Shown: positions 36,935 to 45,634 of the stretch, in pieces
Layout of the letters: each line of letters starts with the position of its first letter
Position numbering within the stretch: position 1 is the first letter of the stretch
From: an uncultured Bacteroidia bacterium
Lineage (GTDB): Bacteria; Bacteroidota; Bacteroidia; Bacteroidales; F082
Reading direction: 5' to 3'
Length of the DNA stretch: 64,000 nucleotides
NCBI GenBank assembly: GCA_902786745.1
Contig: CADADR010000007.1
Location: 80,282-144,281, forward strand
Made by a program: the position numbers and the translations under genes
Notes under the pieces: model-generated
What the model saw: the letters and a program-made list of their open reading frames with translations, nothing else
Told to the model about the DNA's origin: nothing
Database searches by the model: none

Positions 36935-37537
36935 TCACCATTCCAAGTGCTTCTTGTCAAAAGACTCTTGTTTCTCTTCCCATAGTTTTTTTCGTTCAAT
37001 CCCATGTTGACTTGCTAATCGCAAAAAATCCGACCGAAAAGACTTCATTACCATGTTCTGTTCTCGTTCACGACGAGAAAAAGCCATCGCACTAAAAGAA
37101 TACGGTCTTTGTTTCGTTCCAATAAAAAAGTCATTACCATCAAACGCAGCATGACGACCACACCCTCTTCTTATACCAAACAAATAAAAATAACGCATGT
37201 CTTCCCATTTAACTATTCTATTTTCAGGAATCCAAGACGCCCCTGACACTTTCCTTTGCTCCAATCCAACATCTGTCAGCCTAATGTTGACCTTGGCATT
37301 CGTCAGTTTCCATATTAAAAACGTCGAAAGATACAAAAGTATAAATAGAATAATACAAAAAACGCCCAAAAAAAGCCACACATTCAAAGACGAAAACAAC
37401 GGCTTAAGCATTCCCTTAAACATATACACTAAAACCATAGAAATGACTAAACTGAACACTCCCGTCCAATACTCAGGATAGATTGTAATATCGTATCCAT
37501 CAGGATTGGGAGCATGCTTCTTTTCTTTTTCGCTCAT
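36935..37537 (-). CDS. hypothetical membrane protein (two TM helices plus a cytoplasmic domain)
   Basis: ORF 36935..37600, with the start moved to ATG 37537 (MSEKEKKHAPNPDGY...). AT-rich. No family recognised. Confidence 0.55.
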   Translation of the reverse strand: MSEKEKKHAPNPDGYDITIYPEYWTGVFSLVISMVLVYMFKGMLKPLFSSLNVWLFLGVFCIILFILLYLSTFLIWKLTNAKVNIRLTDVGLEQRKVSGASWIPENRIVKWEDMRYFYLFGIRRGCGRHAAFDGNDFFIGTKQRPYSFSAMAFSRREREQNMVMKSFRSDFLRLASQHGIERKKLWEEKQESFDKKHLEW

Positions 37538-37550
37538 GGCTGATTGTTTT

Positions 37551-37597
37551 ATGGTTGCAAAGATAATGATTCTCCCATCATCTTGCGGAGAATACAA
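37551..37597 (-). repeat. promoter-bearing ~47-bp segment, copy 2 (drives the hypothetical membrane protein gene)
   Basis: Contains rc TATCTTTG (37558-37565) and tcatcttgcggagaat (37578-37593). Confidence 0.7.
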
Positions 37598-37600
37598 CAA

Positions 37601-37625
37601 AAATCCCGCCCAAACGAGCGGGGTT
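37601..37625 (-). terminator. terminator after the ATPase gene (duplicate of the korB terminator)
   Basis: aaaatcccgcccaaacgagcggg, 23 nt identical to 39168-39191. Read on the minus strand it is a hairpin followed by a T-run. Confidence 0.7.
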
Positions 37626-37634
37626 TACTTCAAT

Positions 37635-38990
37635 TTACAACAAATGCTGGTTTAATATAGCCTCTAATTGTCCAATATAATAAAACGGCACATTGATGAG
37701 TCGATAAGGCCGCTTTTCGGGTTCGGGCGTGAAGGTATCCTGAACGCTAAATTCGCCACTCCAAAAACGCACAGCCGTAACATGTCGGTCGGCCGTATTG
37801 ACAAAACTATGCAACGAGCGAAGATGGGAATGTAGCCCCGTCTTCACCTCAATGGGAATGATTTGGGCATTTTGCTGCCAGATGAAGTCGATTTCCGCCG
37901 TGGTGCCTTTCTTGTCGCGCACCCAATAATACTGCTTCTCTTGGAACTTGTTATCCAACAACACCCGAAGTTCCTGTGCCACAATCTGTTCGGCAGCACG
38001 ACCACGCCAAGTGTCAAGCAAGTCCTTGTTTTGAAGGTATTCTATTTGTATGTCGGCCACAAAATTGGTAATGCCACTATCCACCATAATGAGTTTAGGG
38101 GCACGGCGCAAGGCCGGGATGGCTGGCGCAGAAGTCGTGGTAATGGGATAGTCTAACGACAGGATATAAGCCCTTTCAAGACAATCCATTGCATTGTGAA
38201 TCTGCTTGCTGGTATAACTGCTATTGCCAAAATTATTCATAGCAATGGCTTCGGCAGCCGAAAACCAAGCCGTTTCCAACAAATGGCGGATAACGCGCAC
38301 CTGTTCTTCATTTTTGGCATATCGCTCCACATCCTCATTGTATCCTTTCAGCAAAGAATTGAAAATCGGTGAAAGTCGCTCAATGTCATGGTATTGCACA
38401 TAATTGGAAACCACTTCAGGCATTCCGCCAATGAGCGCGTATTGATTAAAATGTCCAATCAATTTCGGGTGCATCACTGCCGTCACATTTAACTGCCGAA
38501 CCATCTCGCACCAAGCCTCGCCTTCAACTGCGTTGAGGTATTCCATGAACGAGAACGGGCGCAAGTTCAGGTATTCCACTCGCGCCACTGGAAACGAAAC
38601 GCGCTGTTTGAGCAGACTTTGCAACCGACTTCCCGCCGTAACAACATACAGCCAAGGCATTTTCTCATAGAAATAGCGCAACAAGGCCACGGCCTGCGGT
38701 ACTTCCTGAATCTCGTCGATGAAGAGCAACATACGCTTGTTCTTGTCGGAAACAACACGGTTGCGCAGACACAAAAACTGCCAGATTTCAAGCACATCAT
38801 CAGTACGAGTGAAGATTTCGGCATCCTCCGACAATTCATGATTGACCTCAATGAAAATGTCGAATTCCTTGCCAAATTCCCTCACAAGAGTGCTCTTCCC
38901 CACTTGCCTTGCCCCTCGAATAACAAGAGGTTTGTGGGGACTTCTTTCGCTCCATTGGCGCAACTGTTTTATGGCTATCCGATTAAACAT
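37635..38990 (-). CDS. AAA+ ATPase of the AAA_14/DUF4143 type (COG1373-like)
   Basis: Walker A GARQVGKST and Walker B LLFIDEIQ. The C-terminal EIDFIW...IPIEVK restriction-endonuclease-like segment is typical of DUF4143 proteins. Confidence 0.8.
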   Translation of the reverse strand: MFNRIAIKQLRQWSERSPHKPLVIRGARQVGKSTLVREFGKEFDIFIEVNHELSEDAEIFTRTDDVLEIWQFLCLRNRVVSDKNKRMLLFIDEIQEVPQAVALLRYFYEKMPWLYVVTAGSRLQSLLKQRVSFPVARVEYLNLRPFSFMEYLNAVEGEAWCEMVRQLNVTAVMHPKLIGHFNQYALIGGMPEVVSNYVQYHDIERLSPIFNSLLKGYNEDVERYAKNEEQVRVIRHLLETAWFSAAEAIAMNNFGNSSYTSKQIHNAMDCLERAYILSLDYPITTTSAPAIPALRRAPKLIMVDSGITNFVADIQIEYLQNKDLLDTWRGRAAEQIVAQELRVLLDNKFQEKQYYWVRDKKGTTAEIDFIWQQNAQIIPIEVKTGLHSHLRSLHSFVNTADRHVTAVRFWSGEFSVQDTFTPEPEKRPYRLINVPFYYIGQLEAILNQHLL

Positions 38991-39016
38991 TGTATATCTA
39001 TTTGTTTTTCAGACTG

Positions 39017-39024
39017 CAAAGATA
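39017..39024 (-). promoter_or_regulatory. -7 box (rc TATCTTTG) for the ATPase gene
   Basis: TAnnTTTG match 27 nt upstream of ATG 38990. Confidence 0.5.
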
Positions 39025-39036
39025 CAATTTTTTCCT

Positions 39037-39151
39037 AATTCATATGCAAGAACAAGCAAATTTTTTCCTAATTCATAGGCAAGAATAACTAAAAACTTAC
39101 ACAATTCATAGGCAAGAATGGGTCAAAATTTGCCAAATTCATAGGCAAGAA
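39037..39151 (-). repeat. phased direct repeat array: 4 x AATTCATA(T/G)GCAAGAA at an exact 33-bp period
   Basis: Motif starts at 39037, 39070, 39103 and 39136. The variable 17-nt spacers are not conserved. The array is flanked by tttttcagac at 39005-39014 and 39155-39164. Confidence 0.85.
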
Positions 39152-39169
39152 CCTTTTTTCAGACAAAAA

Positions 39170-39196
39170 AAATCCCGCCCAAACGAGCGGGATTTT
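39170..39196 (-). terminator. korB terminator (bidirectional hairpin)
   Basis: aaatcccgc-ccaaacga-gcgggattt with an A-run and a T-run on either side. Confidence 0.75.
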
Positions 39197-39240
39197 TCAG
39201 TTTTTAAGGTCGGCCGGTCGAGGCTTAATATTTCTATCAG

Positions 39241-39268
39241 TCGGCCCTTCGACGGGCTCAGGGGCCTT
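39241..39268. repeat. 28-nt dispersed repeat, copy just after the korB stop
   Basis: tcggcccttcgacgggctcaggggcctt. Forms an imperfect inverted repeat with aaggtcggccggtcgaggctt (39207-39227). Confidence 0.8.
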
Positions 39269-39271
39269 GGT

Positions 39272-40303
39272 TTACTCGATGGTCCAGGTCGAACCGCTGT
39301 TCAGCAGGTCGTCCATGCACTTGATCTTCGAGTTGGCCTTCTCGTTTTCGATGACTTGGTCAAGGCTGTCGTTGAAGGTCGGGGCTTTCACGTCGCGGAT
39401 GACGCCGATGGCGACGGGGAAATGAGGCGGCATCATGTGTGCCAGCATCATGTGGATACCCGTGTCTTCGGTGGTCTTGTCGTGGACGAGAATGTCCTTC
39501 TCGGTGATGCCGTTTTCGCCAATCTTCACCACTTCAAGTTGGTTGCCGTTCAGGCGGATACCCTTGTCGCGGTTCTTACCGAAAATGAGCGGCTGGCCGT
39601 GGACACACTTCACCTGCATGTCGTCGCGGACATCCTTGCCAGTGATGTTTTCGTGCACGCCATTGGAGAAGATCATGCAGTTTTGCAGGACCTCGGTCAC
39701 GGCGATGCCGTCGTGCTTGTACGACTCCCAGAAAATTTCGCTCAGTTCCTTGGGGTTGATATCCACGCCACGGGCAAAGAAGGTAGCCTTGGCTCCAATG
39801 GCAAGTTCACCAGGATTGAACGGATCTTCGTAAGTACCTTGCGGCGAAGTCTTGGTCTTCGTGCCACGGAAGGTGCAGGGCGAGAACTGACCCTTGGTCA
39901 TACCGTAGATACGGTTGTTGAACAGGATCAGGTTGATGTCGATGTTACGACGGCAGGCGTGGATGAAGTGGTTGCCACCGATGGCGGTGCAGTCGCCGTC
40001 GCCGGTGATCATCCACACGCTGAGGTTCGGGTTGGCCAGCTTCACGCCAGTGGCGGCAGCGGCAGCACGACCGTGGATGCTATGGAAACCATAGGTATTC
40101 ATGTAGTAAGGGAAGCGCGAGGAGCAGCCGATGCCAGAAACGACAACGATGTCTTCCTTCTTCTTACCCAACTTCGGGAAAATGTCTTGAACGGCCTTCA
40201 AGATGGCGTGGTCACCACAACCGGGGCACCATTTCACCACCTGATCGCTTGCAAAATCCTCTTTGGTCAGCATGACCTCTTGTTCGATATTCTGATTTTC
40301 CAT
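39272..40303 (-). CDS. korB: 2-oxoglutarate:ferredoxin oxidoreductase subunit beta
   Basis: WCPGCGDH and the TPP motif GDGD...GGNH. Confidence 0.9.
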   Translation of the reverse strand: MENQNIEQEVMLTKEDFASDQVVKWCPGCGDHAILKAVQDIFPKLGKKKEDIVVVSGIGCSSRFPYYMNTYGFHSIHGRAAAAATGVKLANPNLSVWMITGDGDCTAIGGNHFIHACRRNIDINLILFNNRIYGMTKGQFSPCTFRGTKTKTSPQGTYEDPFNPGELAIGAKATFFARGVDINPKELSEIFWESYKHDGIAVTEVLQNCMIFSNGVHENITGKDVRDDMQVKCVHGQPLIFGKNRDKGIRLNGNQLEVVKIGENGITEKDILVHDKTTEDTGIHMMLAHMMPPHFPVAIGVIRDVKAPTFNDSLDQVIENEKANSKIKCMDDLLNSGSTWTIE

Positions 40304-40310
40304 AGTCGTA

Positions 40311-42152
40311 TTATTTTAAAAGGTCGTTAAACTTAGCTTCAAGCTCGCCGATGGTGAACGGCAGGCCCATCACCTTATTGAATTGCTCGCACTTGTATTC
40401 GGGGAAGTTCATGCGCAGGTACTTGGCGAACTGGCCGCGGTTGATTTCGCAGACCACGATCTTCTTGTGACCTTGCAGTACTTCCTCAGTGTTGCGCGGC
40501 AGCGGCATGATGTAGTCAAAGTGGGCGTGAGCAATGCTCTTGCCTTCTTCCATCAGGCCCTCGACGGCGGTGCGGACGGTACCGTAGGTGCCACCCCAGC
40601 TCACCACGAGGAGGTCGGCGTTCTTGTCGCCGTAAACCTCTTGCGGCGGAATGTCATTGGCCACGCGGTTGATCTTCTCTTCACGGAGTTCGGTCATGAT
40701 CTGGTGGTTCTCAGGATTGGTCGACAGGTTGCCCTTGCCGTTTTCCTTTTCCAGACCGCCGACGCGGTGACGCAGGCCAGGCGTGCCCGGGATAGCCCAT
40801 TCGCGACGGAGCCATTTCTCGTCGCGACGGTATGGCATGTAGTTCGGGTCATCGGCTTTGGCCAGCGGAGGCGTGATGCTCGGAAGGTCAGCCATCTTAG
40901 GGATGCGGAACACCTCGGAGCCGTTACCCAGTGAACCATCGCTGAGCATGATGACAGGCGTCATGTGCTCCATGGCGATACGGGCGGCTTCGTAAGCGGT
41001 GTAGAAGCAACCGGCAGAGCTACGGGCAGCGATAACCACGAGCGGAGCGTCGCCGTTACGGCCGTAGAGGGCCTGCATCAGGTCGCTCTGTTCCATCTTG
41101 GTCGGCAGACCCGTGGAGGGACCGCCACGTTGCACGTCGATGATCACCAGCGGAAGCTCGGTCATCACGGCGAGACCCATGGCTTCGCTCTTCAGCGAGA
41201 GGCCAGGACCCGAAGTCGTCGTCACGGCCATGCAACCAGTGTAGGCAGCGCCGATCGACGACATGATGCCGGCGATTTCGTCTTCAGCCTGATAAGCCTT
41301 GACGTTGAGGTTCTTGTATTTCGTCAACTCGGCAAGGATGTCGGTGGCAGGAGTGATGGGGTACGAACCGAGGAAGAGCGGGCGGCCCGACTTCTCGGAG
41401 GCAGCCATCAAGCCCCAAGCGGCGGCGGTGTTGCCGGTGATGTTGCGGTACTTGCCCTTTTCAAGGTCGGCGGCTTCCACACGATAGGTGTTCGTGAAGA
41501 GTTCCCAAGTGTCGGCATAGTGGTAACCGGCGTCGAGGACGGTGCGGTTGGCCTTAATCACTTGGTCCTTGCCTTTGAACTTGGTCTCGAAATACTTGTA
41601 AACGGTGTCGAGTTCGCGGTTGAACAAGTACATCACGATACCGAGGGCGAACATGTTCTTCGACTTGAGCATCGACTTGTTGTCCATGCCGAAGTCCTTC
41701 AGGGCCTCTTTGGTGAGTTCCGAGATGGGAGCTTTGACCACCTGATAGTCGGCGAGAGTGCCGTCGACGGTCGGGTCATCGGCATAGCCGGCCTTCTCGA
41801 GGGCCTTTTCGGTCACCGAGTCGGAGTCGAAGATGATGATGGTTCCAGGACGGAGCCAGCGCATGTTAGCCTTGATGGAGGCGGGGTTCATAGCCACGAG
41901 GACGTCGCAGAGGTCGCCGGTGGTGTGAACGGGTTTGTGTCCAAAGTGCACTTGGAAGCCAGAGACGCCAGCCACGGTGCCTTGCGGTGGGCGGATTTCA
42001 GCCGGATAGTCCGGGAAAGTGGCGAAATCGTTTCCGGCAAATGCTGTTGAATCCGAAAAAAGATTTCCGGTAAGTTGCATACCATCGCCCGAGTCGCCCG
42101 AAAAGCGGATGACGACGTGTTCAAGTGGAACAACCTTACTTTTTGCTGTCAT
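40311..42152 (-). CDS. korA: 2-oxoglutarate:ferredoxin oxidoreductase subunit alpha
   Basis: 613 aa. Typical N-terminus RFSGDSGDGMQLTG and a pyruvate:ferredoxin oxidoreductase core. Confidence 0.9.
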   Translation of the reverse strand: MTAKSKVVPLEHVVIRFSGDSGDGMQLTGNLFSDSTAFAGNDFATFPDYPAEIRPPQGTVAGVSGFQVHFGHKPVHTTGDLCDVLVAMNPASIKANMRWLRPGTIIIFDSDSVTEKALEKAGYADDPTVDGTLADYQVVKAPISELTKEALKDFGMDNKSMLKSKNMFALGIVMYLFNRELDTVYKYFETKFKGKDQVIKANRTVLDAGYHYADTWELFTNTYRVEAADLEKGKYRNITGNTAAAWGLMAASEKSGRPLFLGSYPITPATDILAELTKYKNLNVKAYQAEDEIAGIMSSIGAAYTGCMAVTTTSGPGLSLKSEAMGLAVMTELPLVIIDVQRGGPSTGLPTKMEQSDLMQALYGRNGDAPLVVIAARSSAGCFYTAYEAARIAMEHMTPVIMLSDGSLGNGSEVFRIPKMADLPSITPPLAKADDPNYMPYRRDEKWLRREWAIPGTPGLRHRVGGLEKENGKGNLSTNPENHQIMTELREEKINRVANDIPPQEVYGDKNADLLVVSWGGTYGTVRTAVEGLMEEGKSIAHAHFDYIMPLPRNTEEVLQGHKKIVVCEINRGQFAKYLRMNFPEYKCEQFNKVMGLPFTIGELEAKFNDLLK

Positions 42153-42246
42153 ATTAACTGTTTTTAGATTTATTGATTTACAATAACTTAGATAGAGCGG
42201 TGAGGTGTCGTTTGGAAAGCGCCCCTACCCCTCTTTGATTTCGTTG

Positions 42247-42254
42247 CAAAGGTA
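42247..42254 (-). promoter_or_regulatory. -7 box (rc TACCTTTG) for korAB
   Basis: TAnnTTTG match upstream of korA. Confidence 0.5.
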
Positions 42255-42408
42255 CGTAATAAAAAGGTGCAAACCTAAAGAAAAACGTTTTTTATTTTGC
42301 CCTTCTACACTTGTTTTGTATACCATTATCAATCAACCGATTGCAATAATCTTTTATTTAGAATCCATAAAAATTACAAAATATTAAGCAATGGAATGAA
42401 AGTTGTAG

Positions 42409-42416
42409 TATTTTTG
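42409..42416 (+). promoter_or_regulatory. -7 box TATTTTTG for the ferredoxin gene
   Basis: TAnnTTTG match 41 nt before ATG 42457. Confidence 0.5.
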
Positions 42417-42456
42417 CCGCACGAAAACACAAACTAAACTCAAAATTAAAAACATT

Positions 42457-42624
42457 ATGGCTTACAAAATCACAGACAGCTGCGTTGCTTGCGGCACATG
42501 TATTGACGAATGCCCCGTGGGCGCTATTTCAGAAGGCGACATCTATGTCATCGACCCTGATACCTGCGTTGGTTGCGGCACTTGCGCCGGCGCTTGCCCG
42601 AACGAAGCAATCGTTGAGGACTAA
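42457..42624 (+). CDS. fdx: 2x[4Fe-4S] ferredoxin (55 aa)
   Basis: Below the ORF-track size cutoff. Own translation [55 protein letters not shown] has two CxxCxxCxxxCP motifs. Divergent from korAB. Confidence 0.9.
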   Translation: MAYKITDSCVACGTCIDECPVGAISEGDIYVIDPDTCVGCGTCAGACPNEAIVED

Positions 42625-42656
42625 TTGCATCAAATAAAAATGAAACTGCATTAAAG

Positions 42657-42688
42657 AAAAAAAGCCTGCCAAAAACAGGCTTTTTTTG
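42657..42688 (+). terminator. rho-independent terminator after the ferredoxin gene
   Basis: Stem agcctg/caggct followed by TTTTTTT. Confidence 0.75.
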
Positions 42689-42802
42689 TATTTTTTGGCA
42701 GTTTTGAAAAGTTTGGCAAACTATTTGCTATCTTTGCAACGTTCTTTGAAAGAAAAAACACATTTAATCAATAACTCAAGTTTAACTAAACAAATTAAAA
42801 AA

Positions 42803-43612
42803 ATGAAGAAATTAGCTTTAGCACTTGTGTGCTTCGCCAGCCTTGCTTTCTTTGCAAGCTGCAACAAGGAAGGTCAACCCACCATCCAGGTCTACAACGC
42901 CGAAGATGGTTATGTCATGGCTACCGACACTGTCGACGTGAACACTGAAGTCAACTTTGGTTTCGTTGTTGCTTCCAGCCCTGTTACCAACAAAGAACTC
43001 TCCACGCTTGTGGTGAAAGTTGACGACTACGATGAGCTGACCGACACCATCAATTTGGCTGGTATGACTTCCTACACCTACAAAGGCACGCTTTCCTACA
43101 CAGCCAAAGACGAAATCGTCGGCACCTCTGTCATTACTGCTATTGTGACTGATGCCGCTGGCCAAACCGCCACTGCGTCCATCAATCTTACCATTATCCA
43201 ACCCGATCAGCCCCTCATCAGCAAGACTGTTGAATGGATCCGCAAGGGCACTAACTTCGTTGGCATCACCGAAGCTGAAATGAGAGAAATTGGATTGGAG
43301 TGGACTGGCAACTTCAGAGCCCCCATGGTCACCATTGTGCCCCTCGACGGTGCTCAACTCTATGTGTGCAGCGGCGACGACTATGCTGACATTGCTACCA
43401 TCAGCGACAAGAACGCCTACTTCACCAGCCTGCATGAAACCGGCACTGCCGTTGAGTCCTATCGTAACATCACCACCAACAACAGCGCTGACTACAACGA
43501 TATGCTGGCTGTGATTTATGGTGAAAAGCTCACTCTGGTCCGTATCAACCGCGCCGAAATCGAAACCGGCAACTACGGCACTCAAGTCACCATCAAGGGT
43601 GAAATGAAATAA
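42803..43612 (+). CDS. hypothetical lipoprotein
   Basis: ORF 42686..43612, with the start moved to ATG 42803 (MKKLALALVCFASLAFFASC lipobox). Beta-rich, and no family recognised. Confidence 0.6.
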   Translation: MKKLALALVCFASLAFFASCNKEGQPTIQVYNAEDGYVMATDTVDVNTEVNFGFVVASSPVTNKELSTLVVKVDDYDELTDTINLAGMTSYTYKGTLSYTAKDEIVGTSVITAIVTDAAGQTATASINLTIIQPDQPLISKTVEWIRKGTNFVGITEAEMREIGLEWTGNFRAPMVTIVPLDGAQLYVCSGDDYADIATISDKNAYFTSLHETGTAVESYRNITTNNSADYNDMLAVIYGEKLTLVRINRAEIETGNYGTQVTIKGEMK

Positions 43613-43627
43613 TCATCCTCACCTTAC

Positions 43628-43668
43628 AAAAAAAAGAGACGTGGTCATGACCGCGTCTCTTTTTTTTA
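43628..43668. terminator. bidirectional terminator between convergent genes
   Basis: A-run, stem agagacgtggtc/gaccgcgtctct, T-run. Confidence 0.8.
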
Positions 43669-45474
43669 TTCTGCCAAAGCGTGGCTGATCTTCCGATTGA
43701 TTTGTAGCAGCCGCTTCTCATTGAGTTTGACGACCGCCCTATCGTAAGTCATCAGGCCGTTGAGCTCAGTCTCGCAGTCGGTGGTCTGGGTGTAGACCGC
43801 TGCCGAGAAGCCTTGGAAAGCCATCTTGTAGAGCTTTTCCGCATATTCCACATAGGTGTCGGTCACCTTTTCTTCCGTGTCAAACTCCACATAGCCCCAG
43901 CCTTGGTCTTTCACCCAGGTGTGGCCTTCCACCTTACGCCCGATGCCGCCATATTCGCCGAGCACCGTGGCACGGGTCGGGTCGTAGAGCGCCATCTTCG
44001 GGTCGGGATAGTGGTGTAGGTCGAGGATGTCTCCACACTGGTAGAAGTTCCCACCTGAGGCAGGGTTTACTAAGCGTGTCGGGTCGAGTTTCTTGGTCAT
44101 CTCCACGATTTCGGGGGTCTTGAACTGTCCCCACGACTCATTGAAAGGCACCCAAACGCCGATACAAGGCACCGACTTCAGACTGTTGATGATCTCCGTC
44201 CACTCCTTCTTATAGCATTCCTCCGATTCAAGTGTACGCATACTCTCTGGGCCTTGGTAGTATTGTGTGGTCTGCCATTCGGGGCCACGGCCGCCGCTGG
44301 GCATGTCCTGCCAGACGATGATGCCGAGGCGATCGCAATGGTAGTACCAACGCGCCGGCTCCACTTTGACGTGCTTACGAATCATATTAAAGCCCAAGTC
44401 CTTGGTTTTCTGTATGTCGTAGGCCAATGCTTCGTCGGTAGGTGCGGTGTAGAGGCCATCGGGCCACCAGCCTTGGTCGAGCGGACCAAAATGGAAGACG
44501 GGAAGGCCATTGAGCGTGAGACGCACGATACCGCTTTCGTCGCGTTGCGTGCCGAAGCTTCGCATGGCAAAATAGCTGTCCACCTCATCGATTACTTTGC
44601 CCTTACGCAGCACCTTGACTTTCATGTCATACAAGAAAGGATGGTCGGGCGTCCATCGCAGGAACTCCTCGGGCATGTTCACCTCGACAGGTTGCCCGTT
44701 GATGGCCTTAGCCGATGCCACGGGCTGGCCTTCAAACGACACTTCCACCTGATAGAGGTCGTCCTTGGTCGGGTTGGAGAAGTCCACCTCCACATTGACA
44801 GTGGCCTTGTCAAAGTTGGGCGTGGTGACTAGGTTTTGGATGTAATCTTCAGGCACGTTCTCGAGCCACACCGTCTGCCAGATACCCGTCACTGCGGTGT
44901 AGAAGATGCCGTGAGGCTTGAGAACCTGTTTTCCATGAGGGATATAACTGGCGTTAGTCGGATCCCAAACACGGATGACGAGGGTGTTTTGTTTGCCTTT
45001 CAAGGCTTGGGTGATGTCGAAGGTAAAGGGAGTGTAACCACCTGTGTGCGAGCCTACTTTGATATTGTTCACCCACACATCCGTCATCCAGTCGACGGCA
45101 CCAAAATGCAGCAACACACGGCCGCCTTTCCAATTGCCCGGCACGGCAAAAGTCCTCTGGTACCACAGGGCATTGTCGGGACCTACCTCCTTCTGAACAC
45201 CCGAGAGTGCCGACTCGATGCAGAACGGCACGAGGATGTCGCCCTCATACTGTTGCGGGGCCTTCTCCCCTTTCGCCGTGATGGCATATTGCCATAGGCC
45301 GTTGAGGTTTTTCCATTCGGGTCGCACCATCATCGGGCGGGGATATTCGGGTAGGGCATTCTCTGGAGAGACTTGTTCAGCCCAACGTGTCTTGATCTTG
45401 TCGCCAGCGGGGGCATATTGGGCGACAGCGATGTTCGCTAAGAGCATTGAGATTAGTAAGAGTTTGATTTTCAT
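43666..45474 (-). CDS. glycoside hydrolase family 2 (beta-galactosidase/beta-glucuronidase-like), secreted
   Basis: Signal peptide present. GH2 sugar-binding motifs WYQRTFAVP and GGYTPFTFDIT. Catalytic region WVPFNESWGQ. Confidence 0.8.
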   Translation of the reverse strand: MKIKLLLISMLLANIAVAQYAPAGDKIKTRWAEQVSPENALPEYPRPMMVRPEWKNLNGLWQYAITAKGEKAPQQYEGDILVPFCIESALSGVQKEVGPDNALWYQRTFAVPGNWKGGRVLLHFGAVDWMTDVWVNNIKVGSHTGGYTPFTFDITQALKGKQNTLVIRVWDPTNASYIPHGKQVLKPHGIFYTAVTGIWQTVWLENVPEDYIQNLVTTPNFDKATVNVEVDFSNPTKDDLYQVEVSFEGQPVASAKAINGQPVEVNMPEEFLRWTPDHPFLYDMKVKVLRKGKVIDEVDSYFAMRSFGTQRDESGIVRLTLNGLPVFHFGPLDQGWWPDGLYTAPTDEALAYDIQKTKDLGFNMIRKHVKVEPARWYYHCDRLGIIVWQDMPSGGRGPEWQTTQYYQGPESMRTLESEECYKKEWTEIINSLKSVPCIGVWVPFNESWGQFKTPEIVEMTKKLDPTRLVNPASGGNFYQCGDILDLHHYPDPKMALYDPTRATVLGEYGGIGRKVEGHTWVKDQGWGYVEFDTEEKVTDTYVEYAEKLYKMAFQGFSAAVYTQTTDCETELNGLMTYDRAVVKLNEKRLLQINRKISHALAE

Positions 45475-45502
45475 ATTATTGTTAGTTTATTGTTTCTTAT
45501 TC

Positions 45503-45634
45503 GAGATTCCCTTCGGGAATGGAGTAAGATTTGTTTTGTAACCTGCGGCGGATTGTTATGTCATAGTATCGTAACCATTACTGACCGCCGCTGTCTACTT
45601 AATGACCTGTATCCATTCCCCGCAGGGGAATCTC
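45503..45634 (+). mobile_element. structured ~135-bp palindromic MITE-like element, copy B
   Basis: Left arm GAGATTCCCTTCGGGAATGGAGT and right arm TCCATTCCCCGCAGGGGAATCTC. Internal helix GCGGCGG (45545-45551) pairs with CCGCCGC (45586-45592). Same order of GTAACC and ATCGTAA blocks as copy A. Confidence 0.75.

Noticed and set aside
39037-39151. The regularly spaced repeat/spacer pattern upstream of the ATPase, considered as a mini-CRISPR array.
   Set aside because: The repeats are only 16 nt and the spacers about 17 nt. There are four units, no cas genes or leader, and the repeat is not palindromic. The position directly upstream of a promoter fits protein-binding sites better.
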